Origin: Antedon mediterranea
Lineage: Eukaryota; Animalia; Echinodermata
Direction of reading: 5' to 3'
Assembly: GCF_964355755.1 (NCBI RefSeq)
Contig: NC_092674.1
Coordinates: 28,148,001-28,212,000, forward strand
Length of the DNA stretch: 64,000 bases
The notes beneath the pieces were generated by a model. That model ran no database searches and had not been told where the DNA came from. It saw nothing but the letters and a program-made list of their open reading frames with translations. Every line of letters starts with the position of its first letter. The stretch's first letter is position 1. Positions 25,101 through 37,030 of the stretch are shown in pieces. Both the position numbers and the translations under genes were made by a program.

Positions 25101-28100
25101 TGTCACTGTTAGTATTATATGGTCAAATTTCCACTGATTTGCCTGTAGTATGGAAAACAGTTGTAATCACGATTGGTTAGGCACTGACTGTTCCAATGAA
25201 TGACAATGTGTCTCATCACAAGGTTTTCAGGAATTTGATCATGCAGATTGAGAGAGCCAGATCCAGAAAATTGGGGACATGTACCCAAACATTCTCGCAA
25301 TTTTAACACTCTCCAAGTACAGTATATTGAATACCACAAAAAGAATCAATTTTTAAAGTATTTTTACTTTTAGAGTATTTTGAGGATAATTGGCAGAATT
25401 GTCGGTATTGTCAAACTGATACAGGGAAGATATTTAATTATGCATAGAATTTCATAAACGCAATTTCTTTTTGATATTCCCAACCTATAAGTTAGCTCCA
25501 AGGTTAAAGGTCAGGTATTCCGTTTTCATCAACTCTTGTCAATTCAACTTGGCAGTCTATTTTGAAAGTTGTTCTAATTTTGTCGTTTATAATATGAAAC
25601 GGTGATTCCGATTGGATGATGTGTCTTACACTTTCAATATCCCAGCCTTAAGATTTAATCAGCAATCAGATAAGATGGGTGTTAGGTTTTTATTAATCAT
25701 CATGGGAATTACTTCTCAATATTAACTCAAAGTCTAGGTATAAAAGCTTTTCCCAAAAAATATATATATATATATTAAATTTAGGTTAACTATTCCTGCA
25801 CTGACAGACTGATGAAGGGCTAGTGTTGCCGAAAGCTCTGCTAATTTTTCTGGCTGTTTTACTATTTTATTTCGTATCTCCATTGAGATCCAGCCACTGA
25901 TACCAACAACATTAACATTTTTTCAGTAATTTGCCTTTGGAGATATATGTAAATTTAGGTTATACAACAGGGAGGCAAGATGGCACACTGGTAAGGAATC
26001 AAACCTGTGTTTGTGAAGGCATGAGTTCGAGATCTTGTCGGTGCTTTAGTCAAGATGTTTTCCCTTGCTCTGTCCTTCAGATTAGATATTGAGCTGTATG
26101 CAAAACAGAAACAAAAAATGTATTTCTTATATATTTGTGTAGTTATTTTTTCTATTAATTTCTTTATTTTTTGCATGATTTAACAATTTCATATTACATT
26201 GAATCATAAGTTAAGTTTTCAGGTAGAGTAAGCTACAATGCTTAATCGTTCAAAGTGGCAATCTATCACAGACCACAAGACATACACACACCGCTAAACT
26301 AACACAGACCCACAAAACATCAGCTCAGTTCCTGTTTTGACAGGCGGCAAATCAAACTGCTGGCCTGGGGTGAATGACACCACTAGAAACCATAGGCTAT
26401 TAGCTGGATTAAATAAGGGCTTTGGAGTCTGTCTTTGATGGCACTTATACAGAGCTGGTTTGTGCCAATACTATAATGTACAAGTTAGAGATAGCACTAT
26501 ATTATTATTGGAATATAATATGGTGTTTGGCATGTTTTAATTCATGCTGGACATGGCAGTGGGGTTAATGACACAATTTGCAAATATAGCCTCTTTACCT
26601 GGTTTAAATAAGTAGTTTCTGGCATTTAAATCGTATTTATAGTGCAGTTTTGTCTGTTTTATGTCATTAAAAAATTGATATAAATTCTTTTTTTGTTCAA
26701 GTTTGTGACTTTTTTCTGATTCTGATTCTGATTTGTTGGTTCATATAATAAAAGGTATTGAGTAAAATATTTAACCACTTTGAAGTTGTTTGCATCATTT
26801 TTGTTATATGTGTGGGTTGATTTAACTTTCTTTCTGTAAGGTTAAACTTTCCCAATAATTTCCTTAGGCCCACTTATCATTTTTCAAAAATCATATACAG
26901 TATTTGTATTTAGGTCATTATTGTCATGTAGGTACACTTGAATATAGTTTCATACTTGGCTATGTTTAAGCAGTACCGATGTGCACGAGCCAATTTTCAT
27001 TTTATTTTATTAATTTTAGTAACATTAAAACAACACATAAACTTTGAGTGTTCCAAGGAGTGGCAAAAGAGATCGAAGGACCACTGTCGCCATAAGGCCA
27101 GCACTCAAAGCATATTTGGAGATTTTTATATAACAATCATCTACTACTTTTTAGTTTATTTCAGTGTACAAGTTTATTAGACATTCAATGCAATAAACAG
27201 TGTGTTAAGCTCTGTCTACACTATCAAACTTTATGTGACAAAAATGTGATGTGCCCATATATGGACATAATGATGTCATATCACTACCACATATGGGCAC
27301 ACATTACACTTTTTTTTTTTAACTAGTTTGATAGTGTAGACAGAGCTTTAAAAAAAAGAAAATGGTTGCTATATGTTTAACAGAAAGTAATTGAAGCCTA
27401 AAAGCCTAACAAACTGTTGTCTCATTTTCAGAGACCAGCTGAGTCTTCCTTAGACAGTGGACATGCAACAATGGCTACGTTAACATCAGCTATGAACAGC
27501 GCCGGGCGAGTGACGTCCCGAAACAAACCCATGAAAGCCTTTCCAACCTCGAACCTCACACCTGTCGTTCCAGAAGAAAGGCCGATTCTAGCCAATCAAA
27601 AGGCGGCTTCCATGAACAACAACTCGCTAGGGAGAGGAGAAGATATCTGGCCGAAACACGCAAGACAGACTTCACCATTGAGACATCGCGGAAAGTAAGT
27701 AAAGTCATGGTAAAATAAAGTTATAAGAGTTCCCATTCCCGTTCGTATAAATGCATTTTGATAGCATACACAATTTTTAATGTCAAAATTTTAGCATGCA
27801 ATGAAACTTGAAATTGCAGAATACTGTATCTAGCTGTGGAACTTTTTTATACATGAAATATTGCATTGTAATATTTCCTTTGTTCTGTATGAATTCCTAA
27901 GATAGTGCCAATATCCTGCGACATTAAATTATTGCGTTTATTTTCAAATTGGCATTTAATATTATATCTTTTTGTTTCATGTACCTTTCATATTCATTTT
28001 CAAGTAAAGCTCTGTGTACACTATCAAACTAGTTTGACAAAAAAAGTGTGATGTGCCAAAATATAGTAGCCTAGTGATATTCCCAAATATGGTAGTGATG

Positions 28101-31100
28101 TGACATCACATTTTTTCACTTAAAGTTTATAGTGTGGATAAGGCTTAACTTTGCAACTAAACTTTACACTTTTTATTCTTCATTCAAAAAAAACAAATTG
28201 TGTTTACAAACAATCTTTTTTCATTATTATAAGTTTTTTTATCAGCATGTTAAAAATCAGAATATAATCTGTTTCTATTTTATATGCAAATGAAAATAAA
28301 TGGAAATAATTTTCCACTGAGGAAAAATGAAAGATAATTAGTACCATTAATTTATCATAATTAAGTACTTTCGGTCAGGAATCCACGTTGCTGGAATTGT
28401 ACAAATTGTTCTGACCATTTAGGTAGATGACCTAGCTACTGTAGGCTTTCAATAATTTCATTACCTTTGATAATTATACCCATTTGAAGTGAATTCACAA
28501 GGGTATAAAGGCATATCCCCTTTAATTAACCCCTTGTAAAGGCCAATCCTGCAGTAATTGCCACATGAAAAATTGTTATAGCGTGGGAATTTGCATTGTA
28601 TAGTCATCAGATAGTGTACAAATATTAAATACAAATTTTGTATGAATGCAATAGTAAAAAAAATAATTCTTGATATGAAAGTGTTCTTTCCATTGTACTC
28701 CATTGCACAAATGAAACTTTCAATTATTTTGGATATAAATTTAGATTTAATCGTGCTATTATAGCAACTGAGTTCAATAGATCTGATAAAAACAACAAAA
28801 AAACATTTTAAATATGATAAAAATGTTGACTATAATCATTAGAGTTTGATAATAAATTGAATGATTTTTTTTTGTTAGCTCAAATGTCTCAAATTGTTCT
28901 GGAAGTTCAAAGGGAGTGTTCGATTTTAATGGTAAAGCAACATCACCAATGGAACTAGGCAGCTCATCTTCTAACTCATGGCTAGCTGGTATAAAAGATG
29001 GCAAAGGTAGGTACCGTCACAAACACAGCTAGGAAGTGATTGATTATGTGCATCAATCAGTCAGATATCACTCATGTTTAGTTAGCCTAGCATCCTGTGT
29101 CCACTTCCTACAATGTTATAAGCATAAATGATATAATATGAACATCCCCCAGCCCCCTTAGGAGTAACAAATTAGCATAGGGGTATAGCGCTTGGTTTGC
29201 AGACTCCCACTTTTAAACACTAAAATTAAAATAACATTTGTTATATATTACTATGTTTATGTCAGCGCTCTCCCGTATAATAAATCTTGAATCTGCTGAT
29301 TAGTTTTAAATCGTTATCTTTAACTTTTGTTTTAGGAAAATTAAGTTGTAACTTAAGTTACGACAGACAGCGAGGAAATGATAGTGATGGGAAGAGCAAT
29401 TTATCACCAGAATTTTTTAGAGGAAGCAGCAGAGGTTCGCCTTCGAAAATGATTACTAACCCTGATGGAAGGAACCAGTGGAAGAGCAGTAAAGAGGATT
29501 TATACTCATCGAAAGAAAAACTAACAAGTTTGAGTAATTTATGTAAATTTGATTACCTCGACAACCCAAGATTAAAGAGGTATAAGTTCTCCTCTTCTCA
29601 AGAGCAGCTGTTTCGTAGGACCGGGATTCACGACGGTATGGGTGAAAGGTCAATATCCGAGCAAGAGTTGAGCTCATTATCGGAATCCAGGCAAACGCAG
29701 AAGGCTTCTTTACAGGCCGAAAGCAGGAAGGAGTATTCATCAGAACTGAACTTGCATGACAAACAGGACTTTGATGATTGCACCAGTAAAAGACGCCATC
29801 ATAAAGAGGATTGTTTTGGGAACAATCATGATAGAGGGAACGACTGGCATATGAATACAAATAATTCACAAGGAAAAAATTACACTGACAGTAGGTCAGA
29901 GCAAAAAGATACGAGGGATAATAGTCATAGGTCTAAGAGTGGCAAAAATAATGGGACAGAGGATGGCAACCAGAAGATAAGGCAGAGTGGCAGAGATGTC
30001 TCAAAGGCAGATTCAAAGAGTAACAATGAGCTACCGCCACCTCTTAACGCTAAAAGGTTGAGACCAATTAGGCAGAAAACTCGCAATGCAATGGTAAGTG
30101 GAAGCTTATTTGGTAGTAAATTTGAGTACTGCAGCTATCTGATAGAGTTATGAGCATGAACAGATGTCTGATTTGTTATCTTTGATATGCATAGCACATG
30201 CAAGAGACAAAAAGCAATTATGAATCTTGAGGGCTCTACTTGTTTCATAGTACTTTAAAACATGTTCACAATCACATGAAATTTTTACATTGAATGTAAA
30301 TCTGTTTGATAATTTACTTGTTTCCCGTACACTTTCGTCTACGGGATTGAGGCGAAGCACTCAGTGCTTAAAAGCCCCTCTTAGCAATAAAATCATATTC
30401 TATATAGGGTGAAAACTTCAGCGGGTGGTTAGACCATGCGACGTTAAGTTTTGCTTTGAACAAGTTCACCGTAACACATGAAACTACATCCGTAGGCAGA
30501 GCATTCCATAAGAGAATAACTCTCCTGGAGAACGTGTCCCTCCTAATATTAAGACGAGAGCTTTTAAACTTAAACATCGATTGTAAATTGTTTCCTAAAT
30601 TATGCTGTTGAAATTTTTTAAGGTGAGCGTTCTTGACACTGGTGATGTTTGTCTGGAGTTTCTTAAGACACGTGCCAACCAAGACAGAGTAGTAGAAGTT
30701 CTCCAGATATCAGATAACGGTTTGCAGGTACGTTTTAAAACGTCACATTCAAGTCATGATACTCAATGCATAGAATTTGCTAGTCCAAAATTTTGTTTTT
30801 GTTTAATATATAGTTTCAGTTTCAGTTATAGTTCAGTGTCAAAACAATATAGATTATCTGATAAAACTCCTAAAAAGTAGGAAGCGTTTTTCCATTTTTC
30901 TCCTGACTGGTTTCTTAAAAGAGTATTACCAGAACATTTATAAAAAGATACTATGTACTTTTGCAATGAATAAATGTTTATCTCAACAATAATGGAAGAT
31001 TCCTGCTAAAATATAGAATGACCTAGGCTAATTTAAGTAGCTTACTCCCATGAGAGAAACTTGTAACAATTAAACCATGAGAAAGTATATCAACACCCCC

Positions 31101-34100
31101 ATTGTGTCCCTTGAGATATACTGTAATACATAGTGCATTAGATTTAATTTTATATACTTCGTTCAGGTCACATGGAAATATGCAAGACACTGTAAAGTAT
31201 AATAATGGTCAAATATTATAATTCAAATTATATAGGCTTGTAATCTTTAACCACAGTATATAAACTCACTAATCAAAAATTAATGAGAATTAGTTATTAT
31301 TGCTGAATGACTCCTAATAATCAGAATATACTCTTTTGCATTTTGTATATTATGTGAATATATCTGATTTAGTATGAAGATCATCTTAAGCTCTGTCTAC
31401 ACTGTCAAACTTTATTTGAAAAATGTGATGTGCCCATGGACCTGATGATGCCATATCACTACCATATTTGGGCATATCATCACCATATTTGGGCACATCA
31501 CACTTTTTTTGTCAAACTAGTTTGATAGTGTAGACAGAGCTTAAGATGAAGGCAATATTTGTTAAATGCAGATCTTGTAATCTTTCCTATATAGGTTATG
31601 TTGTTTCATCCTAACGGCAGCAAAGGTGTGCCGGTTACCGACTCCCCTCCCTCTGCTGACAAAGAACAAACTCTGAAATACAGTTACAATGATCTTCCCA
31701 CCAAATACTGGAAGAAATATCAATACGCAGTGAAGTTTGTGCAGCTTGTGCGATCAAAAACCCCCAAGGTAACGCTATACACGAAGCACGCTAAATGCAT
31801 GCTGATGGAGAACGGACCCCAACCTGATTTTGAAGCATGTTTTTACAATGGTAAGTTTATAAGATTATATTTATTGGTTTGGTTTATATATTTAGGCAAA
31901 TTTCCAAGGATAACCCTCTGGGAGACCAGTCTTTGACTGAAGAGGTCGCCCAGAAAAAAAAAAAAAAAAAAAACCATAAGCGAATTCATTCACTATCCTT
32001 CTTAAAGCTGGCAATCCTGTTCACAAGACAAACATATACACAAGATGCTCTACATAAACACATTCTTATTACAAGTCTTTGGGGTTGGAGTTGTAATTTG
32101 TCATTATAAAAAATCCTGACTGACATGACAGGACTTGAACCCAGAACCCTTGGATTAGGGAGCCAAGCATCATAACCACCAAGCCAAAACTCGACTACTA
32201 CTGTCTGGTGAATATAACAAAAATCCTAGTAGTTCCTGTTATCCCCAAATTAATAATTGTTCAAATTAGGTCAATTGATGACTCATTTTAGGTGGATACA
32301 CCTAGGCCCTGCCTTGTAGTCCCATTGGGTTACCTGTAGTTAGCCGAATGTTTCATTTCAAACATCCTACTCCTTATCCACCTGTAGATAAAATAGGTTT
32401 TGCTATTTTTTTCAAGATCGTGATTTTGTTCTTCTGTGTGGATAATGTTGTTACTTTTACTGCCTGGTTGATTAGTGATAGTCTGGAGAACTTGGTCGTG
32501 TGACATGACACTGAGTGGTGGCCATTTTGTAACCGTCCAATTTTGCAGTAAAAATTTACTGCTTAAAACTCTGTCTAAACAATCAAACTAGTGTGACAAA
32601 AATAGTGTGATGTGCCCAAATATGGTAGTGATATGCTTAAATATGGTAGTGATATGACATCATCATGATAGACATTTTTTTCACATGAAGTTTGATAGTG
32701 TAGACAGAGCTTTAGGAAAAAGTTCATTAGTAAACCCATCGAAATCGCTCTTGCATGACATTTTATGTCAGTTTCTGTTTTCTGATATGAAAAATATAAC
32801 TATTCACTTATTCATTAATTTGTTCTTTCATAAAATTGATAAATTTGTTAATCTCGTTTATGTCTTTATTTTTAGGAGCAAAAATCCAGCAATCTGTGAA
32901 TGGAATACGTATAATTGAAAGCAATGGTTCCGCCTACACCTTGCATTCAGTTGGAGGCATTCAGGGCCTTGGTAGTCACATGAGGCAACTTCTACAACAT
33001 TTCTATGACGTAAGATTATATTTCTTTTCATAATTTTATAACAGATCTCAATTAATGACCTCTAATAGAAAAATTCCTATAAATAAATTTTAAAATATGG
33101 TTGTCTTCTATATATCATTATCAATGTATTTTAATAGAAATTGAAGTTATAATTTAATTATTGATTTTTTGGTTAATGTATAGAATAATATCCTTTTTAA
33201 ATTTTTCTTCTCAGTCCCATGAACAATGCCAGGCCATAGAAACCACCATAGCCAGCCTAGAAAAGAAGACTGACCGAGGACCGTACTTCCCCCTCATTTT
33301 GTGCAGGTAAGTCAGTGTGCTTTTCTTTTCCCCCATTAAATCTAGATCAACTAGTAATACCTAGAAATACAATCCTGGAACAGCTCATAAACCAACCTGG
33401 CAGTCACCCAAACACAAACATGTGGTTTTTGTATGTTACTGTTTTTCATGTGGACTAATCTTGTCTAAAAAACCGTCTTTATTAAATACAGTAGACTTGT
33501 ATCTTAAAGCTCTGTCTACACTATCAAACTTTATTTGACAAAAAAATGTGATGTGCCCATATATAGACATGATGATGTCATATCACTACCATATTTGAGC
33601 ATATCACTACCATATTTGGGCACATCATGCTTGGTAGTATACAGTAGACAGAGCTTAACATAGAAAGCCTGACACAAAACTGACATGTTTATATCATTAC
33701 CATTATATTTACAGGCGGCCAGCTTCTTCGGATCCAGAGAAGGAGAATACAAAATTGCAGAAAGCGATGAAATGCCGATCACCAAAGAGCAATACTTCAG
33801 ATAAGGTGCTACAGTCATCGCCCAGCATCATGGCACCGGTGACTGCTTCAGTGTGCTCCTTTGATGGAACAGTTTTGAGTACTGCAACGGGGAAAGATCA
33901 CAACCATAATTATGAAGATAAAGGTATTAAGTAAAGCCTTGTCTACACTATCAAACTTTACATGACAAATAAATGTGATGTGCCCATATATGAACATGAT
34001 AATGTCATTTCATGATATATCACTACCATATTTAGTCACATCACACTTTTTTTTGAGAGAGAAAACAGCTAGCTTAAATACAATACTGGTCTGAGAAGAC

Positions 34101-36066
34101 TCTTAGGGTCTTTCTCAACATAATTAATTGTTTGTTATAATATGCAGTAATTTTTAAAAAGTACAAGATTGGTTATTTGTATAATTTAATATATGGTTCC
34201 TTTTATCTTTATTTAGGTTTTAATAAACAAAGTATTATGTCACAAAACAATGTCAGTAAAAGTGTTTTTGTTCCCAACGTTGGCTGGGCTTCTCAGGTAA
34301 GTGTTTTTAAAAACATAATTTCTGTCTAAAGGGTAAAATAATTTAGTAGTCTTTACAAGTTTACAAGTCTTCTTTTGTTGTTTCTTTTACCAATAACGTG
34401 TTTATTTTTGGATAGAATGCTCTATAGCATGGTGTTTAATTGGATGTACATGACTTATTTATTTTTTTCTTTACTTATTTTAGATGTCGTCGGGTGAGAT
34501 TTGGGTACAATACAACGATGGTTCGCAGATAATTGTCAAGTCTGCAACCACGACTGTCAAGTACATTGATGTTAATGGAAAGCTAAGCAGGTCAGTAGAG
34601 GTCATAGCACATGCTCAGTTAAATGACCATAAGACATCTTGTGTGTATATACATTTGATGTTTCCTGAACTGTGCCTGTTTCTTAAAAAATCACTTTTTT
34701 CTACTTCATTCATCTCATTATTACATCTTCTGTTCATCTTCTCTTAATTGTTCTATTTTCTTTCTTTCTCCATAATATTTTGTTAGCTTATTCTACTTTT
34801 ATTTTTGTTTGTTGGGCACTTCTTCTGCTCCTGTTACAACCTTGCAGCATAATCCCTTACCCTTATCTACTTACCCCACTACACTGCACTTCTTATTTTG
34901 TCAACCTCCCCCTCTCCTACTTCCGTCACATCCAGTCCCCCTAATCCTTTAACATTATCTCCCCTCCCCTATCAAATTCTTTTCTTCCCCTCTTAAACTT
35001 TATCCTATTTTTCTTTTGCAATTTCAAATCTCTTATACCCGTTAAAATTTTACATGACAATCCAAATGTTCCAATTCCTTTACTTCCGAAAAAGTCATGA
35101 CTCTTTCCCTCAATCTTGTTATCAGTATCAGCATACATTTTTTTCGCCATATGTCCTTGTTCAATTTGTAATTTTCATTCAATCATAATTTCCTCTTTCT
35201 TTCCCTCATTGCTTTTTTCCGTGGGAATGCACTACCTTATTCCATCAGGATCAATTTTAATAATAAAAACTATATGAACATTCAAAAGAACGTTCACAAT
35301 CGGGAACGAAATAAGTGAAACCAAACTATAATGGTAAAAGTATAATCACCTACGTTCTATTAATAATATCTACAAAGCTCACTATCACATCATCAAAAAA
35401 ATATTTATGACTAAGAAACGTTTTTTTATTGTCGGCGGAAGTTGAACTACTATGTTACTGACATTAATCCAAAGTTTAGACTGTATTCATAAAATATTCG
35501 ATGTTTCAGTGTCATACAGAAGCTAGCAAAAAAAAACTGATAGTATAAATGAAATTATGGCTTATTGCCGGTCTGTGACTCAATGATGTATTTATATTTA
35601 TTAGTCACAGGTTTCAGGAAGTTGTCATTACTTTTGATATCTATATATGATCCTATATTCAACTGTCTACTCTAATTATTTCTCAATACCATAATGCAAT
35701 TTTATAACCCATAATGCAATTTACCACTATGTAAATTCCCACAATGCAATTTTAAAACTCACAATCTAGTTCTATCCCATCATGCATTTCTGAAACACAT
35801 CAAAATCTAATATGTTGTGCTTTTCAATTGTTTTTTTGCTATGTAACAAAAATGTTGTAATCTATGATGTTGTATTATTTGCCATAATATTAATTTTCAT
35901 ATATTTCATGTGTGTTTGTTCTTTGCTATTACAATACTTTAACTATATAATGATTTTTATTTATTTTATTTTTAGATTTGGTCAAAATGATTGTTTACCG
36001 GATCAAGTAAAACAGAAGTTGTCACAACTCTCAACGATTATTCAGATGCTAGTCGCACAGAAATAA
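4199..36066 (+). CDS. PLK4: Serine/threonine-protein kinase PLK4 (polo-like kinase 4/SAK), 21 coding exons, about 1019 aa
   Basis: Exons (all GT-AG): 4199-4228, 5468-5563, 5659-5754, 6251-6365, 6838-6950, 7446-7534, 14804-14900, 16417-16475, 22196-22272, 22708-22772, 27432-27694, 28879-29006, 29336-30093, 30623-30727, 31595-31850, 32876-33009, 33215-33306, 33715-33923, 34217-34296, 34484-34590, 35976-36066. Total 3060 nt, phases consistent. Motifs: [43 protein letters not shown], the PLK4 degron DSGHAT, cryptic polo box (RLRPIRQKT; [25 protein letters not shown]) and PB3 ([26 protein letters not shown]). Confidence 0.97.
4624..5424. mobile_element. Foldback-type non-autonomous element in PLK4 intron 1 with about 65-bp TIRs and TTGCGCAA sub-repeats
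   Basis: GTGTTATGCGCGATTTGAACGATTTGCGCAATTTGAAATTGCGCAAAAAAAATCCTTGCGCAATTT at 4624, with its reverse complement ending at 5424. About 20 TTGCGCAA palindromes lie in the two arms. No clear target-site duplication. Confidence 0.7.
7107..7260. mobile_element. PIF/Harbinger-type MITE (family A, about 150 bp)
   Basis: TIR AGCTCTGTCTACACTATCAAACT, TTA/TAA target duplications, internal 20-bp sub-repeat TATGCCCAAATATGGTAGTGA. Other full or partial copies start near 3303, 7595, 7880, 8318, 9786, 10343, 12224, 12836, 15389, 16486, 24765, 27208, 28007, 31389, 32566, 33508, 33934, 48937, 49630, 49770, 50432, 60540 and 63654. Confidence 0.85.
9040..9495. repeat. Degenerate tandem repeat, about 150-170 bp x 3
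   Basis: Recurring blocks TTTGG-A(n)-GTTTATTA...CATACTTTTCC..TTAGGAAA...AAATTTAAAGT...TTACCTTTAAATG. Confidence 0.6.
12836..12974. mobile_element. Harbinger MITE family A copy with expanded internal repeat (four CArG boxes)
   Basis: Three CCAAATATGG and one CCATATATGG between degenerate family-A TIRs. Confidence 0.8.
13541..13841. mobile_element. Kolobok-like MITE (TTAA target duplication)
   Basis: ttaa-AGATGTTTTGTC...GACAATGCATCT-ttaa; related to the copy at 60631-60958. Confidence 0.55.
14560..14710 (-). mobile_element. tRNA-derived SINE
   Basis: Minus-strand head GTGGAGCTGTAGCTTGGTGGTTAA...CCAGGGTTCAATCC (A and B boxes) runs into a non-tRNA body. Related degenerate copies lie near 13860-13995, 31890-32195, 46570-46770 and 49095-49240. 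Confidence 0.6.
15389..15550. mobile_element. Harbinger MITE family A copy
   Basis: taa-AGCTCTGTCTA...TAGACAGAGCT-taa; TAA duplicated on both sides. Confidence 0.85.
17834..18246 (+). mobile_element. Full-length tRNA-headed SINE with Deu/Nin-like central domain and (TAT)n tail
   Basis: A box TGGCCGAGCAG, B box GGTTCGAGGC. The centre GTCTTCTCGGATAAGGACTATAAAC..GGTCC..AAAGAACC..GAGTAGGGGGTTACCCCGGTGT resembles the DeuSINE domain. L2-like 3' end AGCGCCTTTGA...GCGCTTTACAAAT followed by (TAT)n. Confidence 0.75.
21013..21243. mobile_element. Tc1/mariner (pogo-like) MITE
   Basis: ta-CCGTATATCCT...AGGATATACGG-ta. A second copy at about 43344-44501 is split by a piggyBac insertion. Confidence 0.7.
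21888..22185 (+). mobile_element. Degenerate tRNA-headed CORE-like SINE abutting PLK4 exon 9
   Basis: B box GTTTCGAATCC, CORE-like TGTATCCTTTAGACAAGACA...CTCTCTCCACCCAGGTGTATAAATAGGTACC, and a (TAT)n tail ending about 10 nt before the exon-9 acceptor. Confidence 0.6.
25805..25840 (+). ncRNA. Minimal hammerhead-ribozyme-like motif of Penelope pseudo-LTR type
   Basis: CAGA-CTGATGA-A-GGGC-tagtgtt-GCC-GAAA-GC-TC-TG: both core boxes, a short stem II and a palindromic AGCT stem III. Stem I pairing is weak. Confidence 0.45.
27208..27347. mobile_element. Harbinger MITE family A copy
   Basis: tta-AGCTCTGTCTACACTATCAAACT...AGTTTGATAGTGTAGACAGAGCT-tta; perfect 23-bp TIR and TTA duplication. Confidence 0.9.
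30313..30595 (-). mobile_element. 5'-truncated CR1-clade LINE (ORF2 C-terminus plus 3' UTR)
   Basis: Translation [42 protein letters not shown] matches the typical CR1 ORF2 C-terminal motif (F-S-x-R-V-x-x-x-W-N-x-L-P...F-K-x-x-L). It is followed by stem-loops AAGCAC-tga-GTGCTT and CCCGTA-gacgaaagtg-TACGGG. Confidence 0.8.
31389..31541. mobile_element. Harbinger MITE family A copy
   Basis: Family-A TIRs and two CCATATTTGG units. Confidence 0.85.
33508..33655. mobile_element. Harbinger MITE family A copy
   Basis: taa-AGCTCTGTCTAC...GTAGACAGAGCT-taa. Confidence 0.85.
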
Positions 36067-36797
36067 ATAAATAATAAATACTTCAAGATTAATAACAGTT
36101 TTTGTCCCTAACACCAAATCAGTTTTTCCTTCAGTTAAAGACCATTTTGGACATTTTGTCTAACAGACTAATAGAAATTCTTTCATGCCAGATTTTTTTT
36201 AATGGAGGGTGTATTTAGAGAGTGTTTGAATTAGGGATCTGAATTGTTAATGTTAATAAAGGGTTGAAATGTGATCATTCTATTATGAGCTATCCAAAAG
36301 CAAACACACAAAAAAACTCTATATTGCATGACAAATAATAGTAGCCCTAGAGCCCATAAATCCATGCACTAATAGCAACCTACAGATCAATATTAACCCA
36401 GGGATACGACATGAAGCTAATTGACTACCTCAAGATCATGACCATTTTAATTAATTTGCTAAGCCTTGTCCTTTAGACTAAACAGATGGTTATCCTAGCA
36501 TCTCTAAGATACAGATTAGTCACCCATCCTATGTTGTCAGCTCGTCTTTTTATCATATCTTGTAGGCCTAGAAATAGATTTGTTTCCTCAATCAGTAGCT
36601 TGGCTGCGAATTTCCAATACAGAATGTTATTAATATTTGAATCTATGCATATTTACTTCTATTTTTAGTTAAAGTGGATTTGTGGTTTCTATATGCAACA
36701 GTACTACATAGCACCCTCCAATTATGGACCATACTGTACCTCATGAGGTGGTTGTCCTCTGTGAATATTTTTGTTCTTGTCAGAAGAGTCTGGAGGT

Positions 36798-37030
36798 AGT
36801 TTGTCTGGGGAGTGGTGATTGTCTTGGGATAGTTGTCTGGGAGGGGTAATTGTCTAGGTATAGTTGTCTGGGAGGGGTAATTGTCTAGGTATAGTTGTCT
36901 GGGAGGGGTAATTGTCTAGGGGTAGTAAGTAGTCTGAGGAGGGATGATAGTCCAGGGGTAGTTTTGGGGTGGTTGTCTGGGCATTCTTTACTCCATGGTC
37001 TGGGGAAGGATGGTTGTCTAGGGGTAGTTG
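36798..37030 (+). repeat. G-rich tandem repeat (31-bp unit GGTATAGTTGTCTGGGAGGGGTAATTGTCTA with degenerate flanks) downstream of the PLK4 stop
   Basis: Three near-perfect units at about 36827-36920 plus diverged GTTGTCTGGG sub-units on both sides. Confidence 0.8.

Noticed and set aside
25970-26050. tRNA gene
   Set aside because: A-box and B-box-like motifs are present but I could not build a sound cloverleaf. Probably a decayed SINE head.
29456-29869. 137-aa antisense ORF
   Set aside because: Shadow of PLK4 exon 13, with no independent coding signal.
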